62,000 nt of DNA from Hyalangium minutum (GTDB lineage: Bacteria; Myxococcota; Myxococcia; Myxococcales; Myxococcaceae): NCBI RefSeq assembly GCF_000737315.1, contig NZ_JMCB01000013.1:144001-206000 (forward strand), given 5' to 3'. Position 1 is the stretch's first letter, and every line of letters starts with the position of its first letter. Position numbers and translations under genes: made by a program. A model generated the notes under the pieces. The model ran no database searches, was not told the origin of the DNA, and was given only the letters and a program-made list of their open reading frames with translations. Below, piece after piece: positions 8,611 through 19,849 of the stretch.

Positions 8611-9998
8611 GTGAGGGGCCGCGAGTGGACTCGCTCGATGAGGCCACGCTAAGCCGGGTCGAAGAGGTGCTGCGCGAGGCCAGCGGGATGACCCTGGCCT
8701 CCAGCGTGCGGCGCTCGCTGAGCACGGCCATCACCCGTGCGGCCGAGGCCCGGGGCATGGAGATCCCCGCCTTCCTCCAGAAGCTGCTGGCCCGCGAGGC
8801 GGCGGTGGTGGAGCAGTTCATCGAGTACGCTGTCATTGGCGAGACGTACTTCTTCCGCCACCCCGAGCACCTGCGCGAGCTGGGCCGGGTGGCCGCGCTG
8901 AAGGAGGACGGCCTGTTCCGCGTGTGGAGCGCGGGCTGCGCCACCGGCGAGGAGGCCTACAGCATCGCCATGACGCTGATGGCCGCGGGGCTGCCCGTGG
9001 AGCGCATCCGCGTGACGGCCAGCGACATCTCCGCCCGCTCGCTGCAGCGCGCCCGCGCCGCCACCTATGGCCCCTGGTCCGTGCGCCGCATCGAGCCCTC
9101 CATGGAGCGGCGCTTCCTGACGCCCCAGGGCGATCTGGTGATGGTCAGCTCCCAGGCGCGGCGGCCGGTGGAGTTCCTCCGCCACAACCTGGTGCTCGAC
9201 ACGGCGCCCGTGTCCGAGCAGGACGCCGTCTTCTGCCGCAACGTCCTCATCTACTTCCCCCACGAGTTGGTGCGGCAGGTGATCGCCAAGCTCATCGGCG
9301 CGCTCGTGCCCGGCGGGCTGCTCTTCCTGGCGCCCGCGGAGATCCCTCTCACCAATGGCATGGGGCTGGAGCAGCTCGACGTGCAGGGCTCGCCGGTCCT
9401 CCGGCTGCCCCGGCCCCGGGCCGCCACGCCCGTGGAGACCGTGGCCGTCACCACTCCGGCGGGGCCCGACCCCAAGCAGGAGCTGCTGCGCAAGCTGAAG
9501 GCGCCCGTCCTCGGCTCGGTGTCCACGGTCCGCCCGGCTCCGGCTCCCGTTCCGTCCCCCGAGCCCCCGGCGCCTGTCCGTACAGGTGCGTCCGCAGGCT
9601 CCGGTGCGGCGGCCAGTGATGACGTGATGCGTCAAGCGCTGAGAGCAGCCCAGGAAGGAAAGTTTGACCAGGCTGAAGAGCTGGCCAAGGAAGCGGCTCG
9701 GAAGCTTGTCCCCGAAGCATACCTGCTGCTGGCCATGGTCACGGAGACCCGGGGCAACCTGAACGCGGCGGTGGATTTGGTCCGCAAGGCACTGTATCTG
9801 GACCCGTCGATGGCGCTTGGCCACGCTACGCTGATGACGCTGTACTCGCGGCTGAGCAAGCGGGAAGAGGCGGAGCGGGCCCGGCAGAACGCGTTGCGCG
9901 CGCTGGATGGGTTGGACGACGAGCATCTACTCCGGGGAGTGGAAACGATGACGGCGGGAGGCTTGCGGCAGGCGCTGGCCGCTCGCAATCGGACATGA
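8607..9998 (+). CDS. cheR: CheR methyltransferase with C-terminal TPRs
   Basis: IGETYFFR, VWSAGCATGEEAYS and FCRNVLIYF motifs; GTG start at 8607 overlaps the cheW stop; helical TPR-like tail. Confidence 0.92.
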   Translation: MSEGPRVDSLDEATLSRVEEVLREASGMTLASSVRRSLSTAITRAAEARGMEIPAFLQKLLAREAAVVEQFIEYAVIGETYFFRHPEHLRELGRVAALKEDGLFRVWSAGCATGEEAYSIAMTLMAAGLPVERIRVTASDISARSLQRARAATYGPWSVRRIEPSMERRFLTPQGDLVMVSSQARRPVEFLRHNLVLDTAPVSEQDAVFCRNVLIYFPHELVRQVIAKLIGALVPGGLLFLAPAEIPLTNGMGLEQLDVQGSPVLRLPRPRAATPVETVAVTTPAGPDPKQELLRKLKAPVLGSVSTVRPAPAPVPSPEPPAPVRTGASAGSGAAASDDVMRQALRAAQEGKFDQAEELAKEAARKLVPEAYLLLAMVTETRGNLNAAVDLVRKALYLDPSMALGHATLMTLYSRLSKREEAERARQNALRALDGLDDEHLLRGVETMTAGGLRQALAARNRT

Positions 9999-10047
9999 TG
10001 GCAGGGGCGCAGTAAGGCGCGTGTGCGCGCAATAGCTGGGAGGTCAC

Positions 10048-11675
<1,628 letters not shown>

Positions 11676-11679
<4 letters not shown>

Positions 11680-12092
11680 ACACGGCCGCGACACGAGGCG
11701 CACCGCTGAAGGTCCTGATCGTCGAGGACACCAAGACGATCACCAACCTTCTGCAGGTGTACCTGATGGGGTGGGGGCTCCAGTTCTTCGATGCCGGCAA
11801 CGGCGTCCAGGGACTGGCCAAGGCACGTGAGATCAAGCCGGATCTGATCATCTCCGACGTGCAGATGCCGGAGATGGACGGCTTCGCGCTCTGCGCGGCG
11901 GTGAGGGCGGACTCCTCACTGCACGCCACGCCCTTCCTGCTGCTCACTTCGCTCAAGGACGAGGCCAGCCGCCAGCGCGGCCGGCTGGTGGGCGCCAGCG
12001 CCTTCCTCAACAAGCCCGTCTCCGTGGACGAGCTGCGGGAGCGCGTGCGCGAGCTGCTGAAACTCCCTGTGAAGGGCCCCACGGGCCGCTGA
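11676..12092 (+). CDS. Single-domain response regulator (CheY-like)
   Basis: [19 protein letters not shown] (phospho-Asp), LLTS and FLNKP. Confidence 0.92.
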
Positions 12093-12099
12093 GCCGCCG

Positions 12100-12675
12100 A
12101 TGGCCACCGAAGACACCAAGGTCGAGATCGACTACTCCACCCTCATCCAGCGCTTGGATGAGGCGCGAGCGGTGATCGAGAACGCCCAGGTGAGCCCGGA
12201 GAAGCGCCGCGAGGTGCTCTCCACGCGGGCGCGCGCCCTGGCGGGCTCTCGCGAAGAGGTTCGGCCCGAGGTCCTCACCGTGCTGGTGTTCCAGGTGGGC
12301 GGCGAGCGCTACGCGGTCCCCATCGAGCAGGTGGACCATGTGCTGGAGTCCCGAGGGCTGTGCGCCCTGCCCGGGGCGCCGAGGCATGTCATGGGTGCGC
12401 TGGTGTCACGCTCGCGCGTGGTGCCGGTGTTGGACCTGCGTCAGCTGCTGGGCCTGGAAGGAGGCGGTATGTCCGACCTGGCCAAGGTGGTGGTGGTGGA
12501 CGTGGCCGGGGATGCCTTCGGCATTGCCGCCGAGATGGTGGACGGGCGCGCGGAGCTCTTGCGCTCCACGCTCTCCCAGCCTCCTCCCGGGCCCTTCCTG
12601 TACCTGACGCCGGATCGACTCACCGTGCTGGACGTGATCCAGCTGGGGCTTCCGTCCGCCGAGAGGCGGGGGTAG
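12100..12675 (+). CDS. cheW: CheW-like coupling protein
   Basis: LVFQVGGERYAVP...LPGAPRHVMG...VVPVLDLRQLLG CheW pattern. Confidence 0.9.
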   Translation: MATEDTKVEIDYSTLIQRLDEARAVIENAQVSPEKRREVLSTRARALAGSREEVRPEVLTVLVFQVGGERYAVPIEQVDHVLESRGLCALPGAPRHVMGALVSRSRVVPVLDLRQLLGLEGGGMSDLAKVVVVDVAGDAFGIAAEMVDGRAELLRSTLSQPPPGPFLYLTPDRLTVLDVIQLGLPSAERRG

Positions 12676-12684
12676 GCGAGGCGC

Positions 12685-15273
12685 ATGGACGAGCAGGTCC
12701 TTCGCAGCATCTGGCCCATCTTCTCCGCGGAGACGCGCGAGCAGATTCAGGCCATCTTCGAGAAGATCGAGATCCTCGAGAAGGATCCGGCCGGCCGGGA
12801 TCCGGACCTCTTCCCGTCCATGAAGCGGTTGGTCCACAGCCTGAAGGGCTCCGCCGCGAGCCTCGGGCTGTCGGAGATCGAGCAGGTCGTCCACGCCATC
12901 GAGGATGGGCTGGCCCGCTTCCGCTGGGACGAGCAACTGCCCGGTGAAGTGGTCAGCGTCACCGTCCGAGGGCTGCAGAAGATCGAGGACGCCCTGGGAC
13001 GCGGTGACCAGGGCGGCGAGCCGGTCATCGACGGGCTCGCGGAGCTGCTGGCCTCCCTCGGACGGGGCGGGGAACTCAAGGGGCCGAACAAGGAGCGGGA
13101 GAAGGAGAAGGAGCGCCACCGTGCTCTGGAGCGGTTCCGCCAGGACGCGATGATGGTGCTGGGGAAGCTCGAGGAGGCGCTGATCGCGCTGGTCTCGCCG
13201 GACGTGCCGGATCGCCCGGGCACCGTGAGCGCGGCGGTGGCGCTGGCCCAGTCGCTCAAGAACAAGGCCGAGACCGCCAAGGAGACCCGCGTCGCTCCGC
13301 TCGTGGAGCGGATGGCCGCGGCCTTCTCGAGGATGGAGCAGGCGGGTGACACCGCCAGCATCGCCGCGTCACAGCTCACGGAGATCCTCGTGGAGCTTCG
13401 TGGCGTGCTCGTGCCCAATGAGCCGGCGCCCTCCGCTGCCCCAGAGTCTGCTCCGGCTGCCGCGCCCGTTCCGGCAAAGCAGGTTGCTCAGGCCCTGCGC
13501 GCCGCCAGCGAGGCCTCCACTGCGCCCGCTCCCAGCACGGGTGAGGGCAAGGGGCCCGTGGATCAGGCGGTCCGCGTCTCGGTGAAGACGCTGGAGTCGC
13601 TGGGGCTCCAGGTGGAGCACCTCATCTCGGGCCGCGCCTTGCAGATGCGCCGGACGGATGCGCTCCGGGACCTGCTCGACAACACGCACGACACCATCGT
13701 TCACCTGGAGCGCTCCGCGTCGCACCTGTCCCTGTCGGGCGGGGGCGAGGCGCTGGAGTCCCTGCGGACGGGTGTGCTCAACCTGCGCAGCATCCAGAAG
13801 CGGTTGGTGGAGCTGCTGAAGGAAGGCACCCGCGAGGGTGAGCAGCTCAACCTCGTGGCCCAGGTGGTGCGCGACGACCTGCGCGACATGCGCATGGTGC
13901 CCGCCGCGCAGGTGCTGGAGCCGCTGCGACGCACGGTGCGCGAGGTGAGCTCGCGCCTGGGCAAGCAGGTGGAGCTCTTCATCTCGGGCGGAGACGTGCG
14001 GCTGGACCGCCGCATCCTGGATGCCTTGAAGGATCCGCTGCAGCACCTGGTGCGCAACGCCATCGACCACGGCATCGAGATGCCGGACGTCCGCCGCGAG
14101 GCGGACAAGAACGAGAAGGGCAAGCTCTGGATTCGCGTGGAGCCGCGAGGCACCCGCATCGCCGTCGTCGTGGAGGATGACGGCGGAGGCTTGTCTCCCG
14201 CGAGGGTGCGCGCCACCGCCGTGAAGCGCGGGCTGTTGAGCTCGGAGGCCGCGGCGAAGCTCCCGGATGCTCAGGCCGCGCGGCTCATCTTCCAGCCCGG
14301 CTTCTCCACCCGAGACCAGGTGACGGAGACCTCCGGCCGTGGCGTGGGCCTGGACGTGGTGCTGGCCACCGCCCAGCGGCTTCAGGGCGCGGTGGACATC
14401 TCCTACACCGAGGGGCAGGGGACGCGCTTCACCATCGATCTGCCGCTCTCGCTGGCCTCCGCGCTGGGGCTGCTGATCCGCGTGGGCACGGCCATCGTTG
14501 CCGTGCCTTCGGACATGGTCGAGCGCGTGTTCCGGCTGGCCCCGGGTGACGTGGGCACGGTGGCCGGACGTGTGGTGGCTCGCGTGGACAACGAGCAGAT
14601 CACCTTCCTCTCGCTCTCCGAGGCCATCGGGCTGCCCCGGCTGCCGCTGGCGCTCGAGGCCGGGAAGATGCAGACGGTCATGCTGCTCACGCTCGGCAAG
14701 GAGCGGGCGCTGTACGCCATTGATGAGGTGGTGGGACAGCAGGACGTCGTCGTCCGCACGCTGGGTCCGCACCTGAAGGGCGTGGCGCACCTGGCGGGCG
14801 CCGCCGTGCTGGATGACGGCCGCTTGGTGCCGGTGCTCAACGCGCCGGAGTTGTTGCGCGCCGCCGCCCCGAGCACGCGCGGCATCAGCACCGGCGAGAT
14901 CCGCCGTCCTCGCGTCCTGGTGACGGACGACTCGCTGACCACGCGCTTCGCGATGAAGTCGCTGCTGGAGATCGCCGGCTACCCGGTGGTCACCGCGTCG
15001 GACGGCGAGGAGGCCTGGGAGGTGCTGGAGCGCACGCCTTGCCAGCTCGTGGTCAGCGACTGGCAGATGCCCCGGCTGGACGGCGTGGGCCTCACGCGGC
15101 GCATTCGCGCCCACCCGACGCTCAATCGCACGCCCGTCATCCTCGTCACCTCGCTCGACAGCCCCGAGGAGCGGGCCGAGGGCCTCGAGGCGGGCGCGGA
15201 CGGCTACCTCGTCAAGCGCGAGGTGGAGCGCGGCAAGCTGCTGGAACTCGTGCGGCAGCTGATGCCTGGGTAG
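12685..15273 (+). CDS. cheA: Hybrid CheA-receiver histidine kinase
   Basis: Hpt VHSLKGSA; HLVRNAIDHGIE, EDDGGG, IFQPGFST and SGRGVGLDVV; CheW domain; C-terminal receiver VSDWQMPRLDG. Confidence 0.95.
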   Translation: MDEQVLRSIWPIFSAETREQIQAIFEKIEILEKDPAGRDPDLFPSMKRLVHSLKGSAASLGLSEIEQVVHAIEDGLARFRWDEQLPGEVVSVTVRGLQKIEDALGRGDQGGEPVIDGLAELLASLGRGGELKGPNKEREKEKERHRALERFRQDAMMVLGKLEEALIALVSPDVPDRPGTVSAAVALAQSLKNKAETAKETRVAPLVERMAAAFSRMEQAGDTASIAASQLTEILVELRGVLVPNEPAPSAAPESAPAAAPVPAKQVAQALRAASEASTAPAPSTGEGKGPVDQAVRVSVKTLESLGLQVEHLISGRALQMRRTDALRDLLDNTHDTIVHLERSASHLSLSGGGEALESLRTGVLNLRSIQKRLVELLKEGTREGEQLNLVAQVVRDDLRDMRMVPAAQVLEPLRRTVREVSSRLGKQVELFISGGDVRLDRRILDALKDPLQHLVRNAIDHGIEMPDVRREADKNEKGKLWIRVEPRGTRIAVVVEDDGGGLSPARVRATAVKRGLLSSEAAAKLPDAQAARLIFQPGFSTRDQVTETSGRGVGLDVVLATAQRLQGAVDISYTEGQGTRFTIDLPLSLASALGLLIRVGTAIVAVPSDMVERVFRLAPGDVGTVAGRVVARVDNEQITFLSLSEAIGLPRLPLALEAGKMQTVMLLTLGKERALYAIDEVVGQQDVVVRTLGPHLKGVAHLAGAAVLDDGRLVPVLNAPELLRAAAPSTRGISTGEIRRPRVLVTDDSLTTRFAMKSLLEIAGYPVVTASDGEEAWEVLERTPCQLVVSDWQMPRLDGVGLTRRIRAHPTLNRTPVILVTSLDSPEERAEGLEAGADGYLVKREVERGKLLELVRQLMPG

Positions 15274-15288
15274 TCCGGGCGCTCCGGC

Positions 15289-18200
15289 TCAGAGCGCCTC
15301 CACCGTCACCGTGTTGTCTTCCGGCTTCCGGTCGATCAGCTTGTAGAGCGGATCCAGCCCCGCCTTGGCGGGGCGCGTGCTCACCTGCACGGTGAAGCTG
15401 ACGTCCCCCTGCTGGATGAGGCGCTTCTCCAGGAAGAGGGGCTTGCCGTCCGCGTCGAGCACGCCCACGTCCACGTAGTCGTTGAGCGGGAGTTCCTTCT
15501 CCTGGCCCAGCCCGTCCGCCTCCACCTTGCGAGCCTTGGCGGTGATCTTCACCTCGAAGCGCCCGTTGGGCAGGGCCGTGGAGGTGGCGGTGACAGCGCG
15601 GTTCTCGTAGAGGGTGATGCGGTCGAAGAAGTCCTCGAGCAGGTAGCGCAGGTGATCGGGCGTCACCGCGCGCAGCTCGGCGATCAGCTCGGGCGAGTGG
15701 GTGAACGGAGGCGACTGGTACGCCGTCTTTCGGAGGAAGGAGGCGAGGGCCTGGTTCACCTTGTCCTCGCCCAGGTAGTCCTGCAGCGCGTACATGATGA
15801 GGCTGCCCTTGCGGTAATGGACGTAGCCCTGGTTCTCTACGCGCCCCAGGGGCATCTCCTTGTTGCGCTCGATGCTGCGGCCATTGAGGTAGCGGTCCAG
15901 CTCGTAGCGCAGAAAGCGGCCCATCTTCTCCGCCCCGTACTTGCGCTTCATCACCATCAGCGCCGAGTACTGCGACAGCGTCTCCGACAAGAGCGTGGCG
16001 CCCTGTACGTTGCCGCCGACCACCTGGTGCGCCCACCACTGGTGGGCCACTTCGTGCGCGGTGACGTAGTACGGGTAGTCCACGTCCTTGGGATCGTCCG
16101 GATCCACCCGGGCGATGAAGCCGATGCTCTCCGAGTAGGGGATGGTGTTGGGGAAGGACTGGGCGAAGGAGGCGTAGCGGGGGAACTCCAGGATGCGCAC
16201 CTGCCGGTGCTGGTACGGGCTGAAGGCGTTCGTGAAGTAGTCCAGCGAATCCTTCACGGACGCGATCATCCGGTCCAGGTTGTACTCGTGGCCGGGATGG
16301 TAATAGACCTCGATGGCCACGCCGTTCCACGCGTCGCGCTTCACCTGCCAGCGCGCGGAGAGGAATGAGAAGAAGCTCAGGATGGGGCGGTCCATCTTGT
16401 AGTGGAAGTAGCGCCGCCCGCCCTCGGTCCACTCGCGCTCCAAGTAGCCGGGCGCCAGGGCGATCTGATCGGGCGAGGTGCTGACGGTGGTCTCGAAGGT
16501 GATCCAGTCCGAGTCCGAGCCGATATAGGTGTTCATCCGCGCCTTCAGATCGTTGACGTCGGCCATGCGCTCCTTGGGGGCCAGTCCCAGGCGGCGGCGG
16601 GTGTCCTCGTCCGACAGCTCGGAGTTCTCCTGGTAGCCCAGGTGAGGCAAGGCCTCGCTGTTGACGAAGGTGCCGTTGTCCACCACCTCCGTGGGCTGTG
16701 ATCTGTTCTTGAAGCCTCGGGCTGCGTACTCGAGATCAAAGCTCAGCTCCGCCTTCGCGCCGGGCGCGAGCGGCTCTGGCAGGCGGTACGTATAGAAGCC
16801 GAGCCGCGTGTCCTGCTCCGAGGCGGTGTCCAGCCCCACCACCGAGAGCTTGTGGATCGTCAGCTCCGAGCGGGGCGGGAGGTTCACGTAAACCGTCTTC
16901 ACCGGCTGGCCCGAGCGATTCTCCAAGCCGTAGATGCCCAGGAAGCGGACGCGGGCCTCCTGGGGATAGATGTCCGTCTGCACCTTCACCGACACGATGC
17001 GCGGCTGGGGCTCCGAGGAGAGGGCCTTGTACTTCTTCTCGTAGTCCGCCTGCTCGGCCTGCTGCTCCCGCTCGGTGAGGTAGCGGTTGAGGCGGTTGGT
17101 GTTGTGGAAGATGGAGATGCCCACTCCCGCGAAGCCGAGCAGCGCGACCGCGAGTCCCACACGCACCGGACCGGACAGCCGCGTCCCCACTGTGCGCAGC
17201 CGCCAGGAGGCGCCCTCCTCGGAGCCTCGGGCCCAGAAGAGGTGGGCCGCCAGGGCCAGCGCCAGGGCCGCCAGCCCCCAGTACAGGTGGAACCAGAAGT
17301 ACGGCCGGAGGAACGGCCCGAAGCCGTTCATGTCTGAGTACGTGTACGAGGGCGAGCCCGCGTAGCTGTACAGGTTGTGCTCGAAGCCGAACTGCGAGGC
17401 GAACTGCGAGAGCACCAGGTAGAGCACCATGATGAAGTGCCCCACGTACTTGTGGTTGACCACCACGTGGATGAACACCGCGAGCACGCACAGCAGCCAC
17501 AGATCCGGCAGCCGCAGGCCGAACAGCTCCGTCACGTAGAGGCCCAGCTCGAAGTGCGTGTAGCCCTTCGCAGCCTGGACGATGAGCCCGCAGAGGAACA
17601 CCACGCAGGTGAGGATCACCTGCACACCCATGAGGGCCAGCAGCTTGGAGACGTATGGGAGCCAGCCCGGCGTAGGCAGCGCGTCCATCAGCCCGCTCAT
17701 CTGCGCGTCTCGCTCCCGCCAGATGAGCTCGCCCGAATAGAAGGTGATGATGATGATGTGGAAGAGGGCGAAGGTGCCGCCCACCATCTCCAGCACCATG
17801 TACGTCACGGGCCAGGTGTTGGTGCCGTACATCGAGCCCATGGCGCGCGCGCTGATGAAGACGAAGAGCACCCCCGCGAGCACCATCACCAGGAAGTAGA
17901 CGTTCTTCACCGTCTCCTTCAGGTCCAGCCACGTCAGCTTCGGGAGCAGCCGCAGGAAGGTGGTACCTCGGAAGTCCCGGTTGAGCGCGGGCAGCGGAGC
18001 GATGGAGGCGGGGAGCGCGGGCTCGGAGGAGGGCTCCTGCTCCTTCTGGCCCCGGAGGGGCAGTGCGTGCGTCCGCTGGAAGCGCACGTACGTGAAGACG
18101 AGCGCCACGATGCCCACCGCCAGCCACACCAGCCGGTTGAGCAGGAACCAGCCCTCCAGGGGCAGCAGGCGGGTGTTCTTCTCGGCCACCGTCCAGTACT

Positions 18201-18876
18201 CGGTCACCACGCGCTGAGCGTTGAGGCCGAAGGGATCGGCCAGCGCGGAGATCCACTTGGTCTCCAGCTCGCGCATCAGGCTGCCGCCGATGAGGTAGCC
18301 GATGAAGAGCACCACGGTGCCCACGTACACGGGGAGGATGCGCCGGGTGAGCGCGGCCAGCGCGAAGAAGAGGGCGCCCGCGAAGAAGAGGTTGGGCAAC
18401 ACGCTCGTCACGTACGGCCAGAGGTACGCGGCGCCTGAGTTGGGGCCCACCAAATGCTTCTGGAGCCACGGCATGTAGCTGCCCACGAAGGCCCCCAGGC
18501 CGATGCTCGAGAAGATGACGAGCAGGACGAGGAACGCCCCCAAGAAGCGGCCGAAGAGGTACTGGGCCTTGGAGATGGGCGTGGTGAAGAACAGCGTGTG
18601 CGAGCCCGCGGCGAAGTCCTGGTACACCGCCTGGCCCATCATCGCGCCAGAGATGATGACGCCCGTGAAGCCCAGGTAGGCCATCATCACGCTGAGCGAG
18701 TGAGGCGAGTTGGCCAGCACCTTGCCGCCCCCACCCGCGTTGAAGGTGACGGCCTCCCAGGCTCCGGCTGCGGCGTTCATCAAGATGAAGCCCAGCGCCA
18801 GGTACACGCCGAAGTACACCCACGTGGAGAGCATCTTGAGCCGGCGGCGCAGCTCGAAGAGAGCGATGGCGATCAT
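15289..18876 (-). CDS. ABC-2 type permease fused to an M1-family (gluzincin) aminopeptidase domain
   Basis: About 600 aa of multiple TM helices in two repeats, then a soluble domain with HEVAHQWW and a downstream Glu (LSETLSQY). Confidence 0.88.
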   Translation of the reverse strand: MIAIALFELRRRLKMLSTWVYFGVYLALGFILMNAAAGAWEAVTFNAGGGGKVLANSPHSLSVMMAYLGFTGVIISGAMMGQAVYQDFAAGSHTLFFTTPISKAQYLFGRFLGAFLVLLVIFSSIGLGAFVGSYMPWLQKHLVGPNSGAAYLWPYVTSVLPNLFFAGALFFALAALTRRILPVYVGTVVLFIGYLIGGSLMRELETKWISALADPFGLNAQRVVTEYWTVAEKNTRLLPLEGWFLLNRLVWLAVGIVALVFTYVRFQRTHALPLRGQKEQEPSSEPALPASIAPLPALNRDFRGTTFLRLLPKLTWLDLKETVKNVYFLVMVLAGVLFVFISARAMGSMYGTNTWPVTYMVLEMVGGTFALFHIIIITFYSGELIWRERDAQMSGLMDALPTPGWLPYVSKLLALMGVQVILTCVVFLCGLIVQAAKGYTHFELGLYVTELFGLRLPDLWLLCVLAVFIHVVVNHKYVGHFIMVLYLVLSQFASQFGFEHNLYSYAGSPSYTYSDMNGFGPFLRPYFWFHLYWGLAALALALAAHLFWARGSEEGASWRLRTVGTRLSGPVRVGLAVALLGFAGVGISIFHNTNRLNRYLTEREQQAEQADYEKKYKALSSEPQPRIVSVKVQTDIYPQEARVRFLGIYGLENRSGQPVKTVYVNLPPRSELTIHKLSVVGLDTASEQDTRLGFYTYRLPEPLAPGAKAELSFDLEYAARGFKNRSQPTEVVDNGTFVNSEALPHLGYQENSELSDEDTRRRLGLAPKERMADVNDLKARMNTYIGSDSDWITFETTVSTSPDQIALAPGYLEREWTEGGRRYFHYKMDRPILSFFSFLSARWQVKRDAWNGVAIEVYYHPGHEYNLDRMIASVKDSLDYFTNAFSPYQHRQVRILEFPRYASFAQSFPNTIPYSESIGFIARVDPDDPKDVDYPYYVTAHEVAHQWWAHQVVGGNVQGATLLSETLSQYSALMVMKRKYGAEKMGRFLRYELDRYLNGRSIERNKEMPLGRVENQGYVHYRKGSLIMYALQDYLGEDKVNQALASFLRKTAYQSPPFTHSPELIAELRAVTPDHLRYLLEDFFDRITLYENRAVTATSTALPNGRFEVKITAKARKVEADGLGQEKELPLNDYVDVGVLDADGKPLFLEKRLIQQGDVSFTVQVSTRPAKAGLDPLYKLIDRKPEDNTVTVEAL

Positions 18877-18886
18877 GTCGCGCTCC

Positions 18887-19795
18887 TCAGGCCACGGCCG
18901 GTGTGGCGGGGACCGGCGCTGTCTGCACGTGGCCCTTGATGGTGGCGAAGTAGGCGTCCTCGAGATCCGGCTCCACGGGCTCGAAGCCCGCGCCCGGTGA
19001 GCCCTCGCTGTAGACGTGCACGCGCGTGCGCCCCATCACCAGCCGGGTGGAGATGACGCGCTGCTGGGCCTGCACGTCCGCCAGCTCCGCCTTCTCCACG
19101 AAGCGCCGCCAGATGCGCCCGGAGAGCCGCGAGATGGCCTCCTGCGGCTCGCCCGCGAGCAGCACCCGGCCCTTGTCCAGCACCGCCATCTGCGAGCACA
19201 GCTCGTGGACGTCCGCGACGATGTGCGTGGAGAGGATGACGATGACGTCCTGGCCGATGTCCGCCAGCAGGTTGTGGAAGCGGACACGCTCCTCGGGATC
19301 CAGACCGGCGGTGGGCTCGTCCACGATGAGCAACTGGGGGTTGCCCAGCAGCGCCTGCGCAATCCCGAAGCGCTGGCGCATGCCGCCGGAGAAGCTGCCC
19401 AGTGGCTTCTTGCGAGCCGCGTAGAGGTTGGTCTGGTTCAGCAGCGCGGAGACGCGCGCCTTGCGCTCCTTCGCCTGGCTGATGCCCTTGAGCGTGGCCA
19501 GGTGCTCCAGCAGATCCTCGGCGGACACCTTGGGGTAGAGACCGAAGTCCTGCGGCAGGTAGCCGAGCACCCGCCGCACCGCGTCCTTGTCCCGCAGCAC
19601 GTCGATATTCCCGAGCGTGGCGCTCCCGCTGTCCGCCTCCTGGAGCGTGGCCAGGGTGCGCATCAGCGTGGACTTGCCCGCGCCGTTGGGCCCCAGCAGA
19701 CCGAACATCCCGGGCCGCACGGTGAGTGTGACATCTGCCAGCGCCTGCGTCCCATTGGGATAGCGCTTGGACAGGTTCTGGATGCGAAGCTCCAC
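18887..19795 (-). CDS. ABC transporter ATP-binding protein
   Basis: GPNGAGKST Walker A, FSGGMRQR signature, IVDEPT Walker B and LSTH H-loop. Confidence 0.95.
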   Translation of the reverse strand: MELRIQNLSKRYPNGTQALADVTLTVRPGMFGLLGPNGAGKSTLMRTLATLQEADSGSATLGNIDVLRDKDAVRRVLGYLPQDFGLYPKVSAEDLLEHLATLKGISQAKERKARVSALLNQTNLYAARKKPLGSFSGGMRQRFGIAQALLGNPQLLIVDEPTAGLDPEERVRFHNLLADIGQDVIVILSTHIVADVHELCSQMAVLDKGRVLLAGEPQEAISRLSGRIWRRFVEKAELADVQAQQRVISTRLVMGRTRVHVYSEGSPGAGFEPVEPDLEDAYFATIKGHVQTAPVPATPAVA

Positions 19796-19849
19796 GGAAG
19801 GCCCTTGGATGAAGAGGGCCGCATCATGGAAGCAGGTGGGAGCCTTTGG

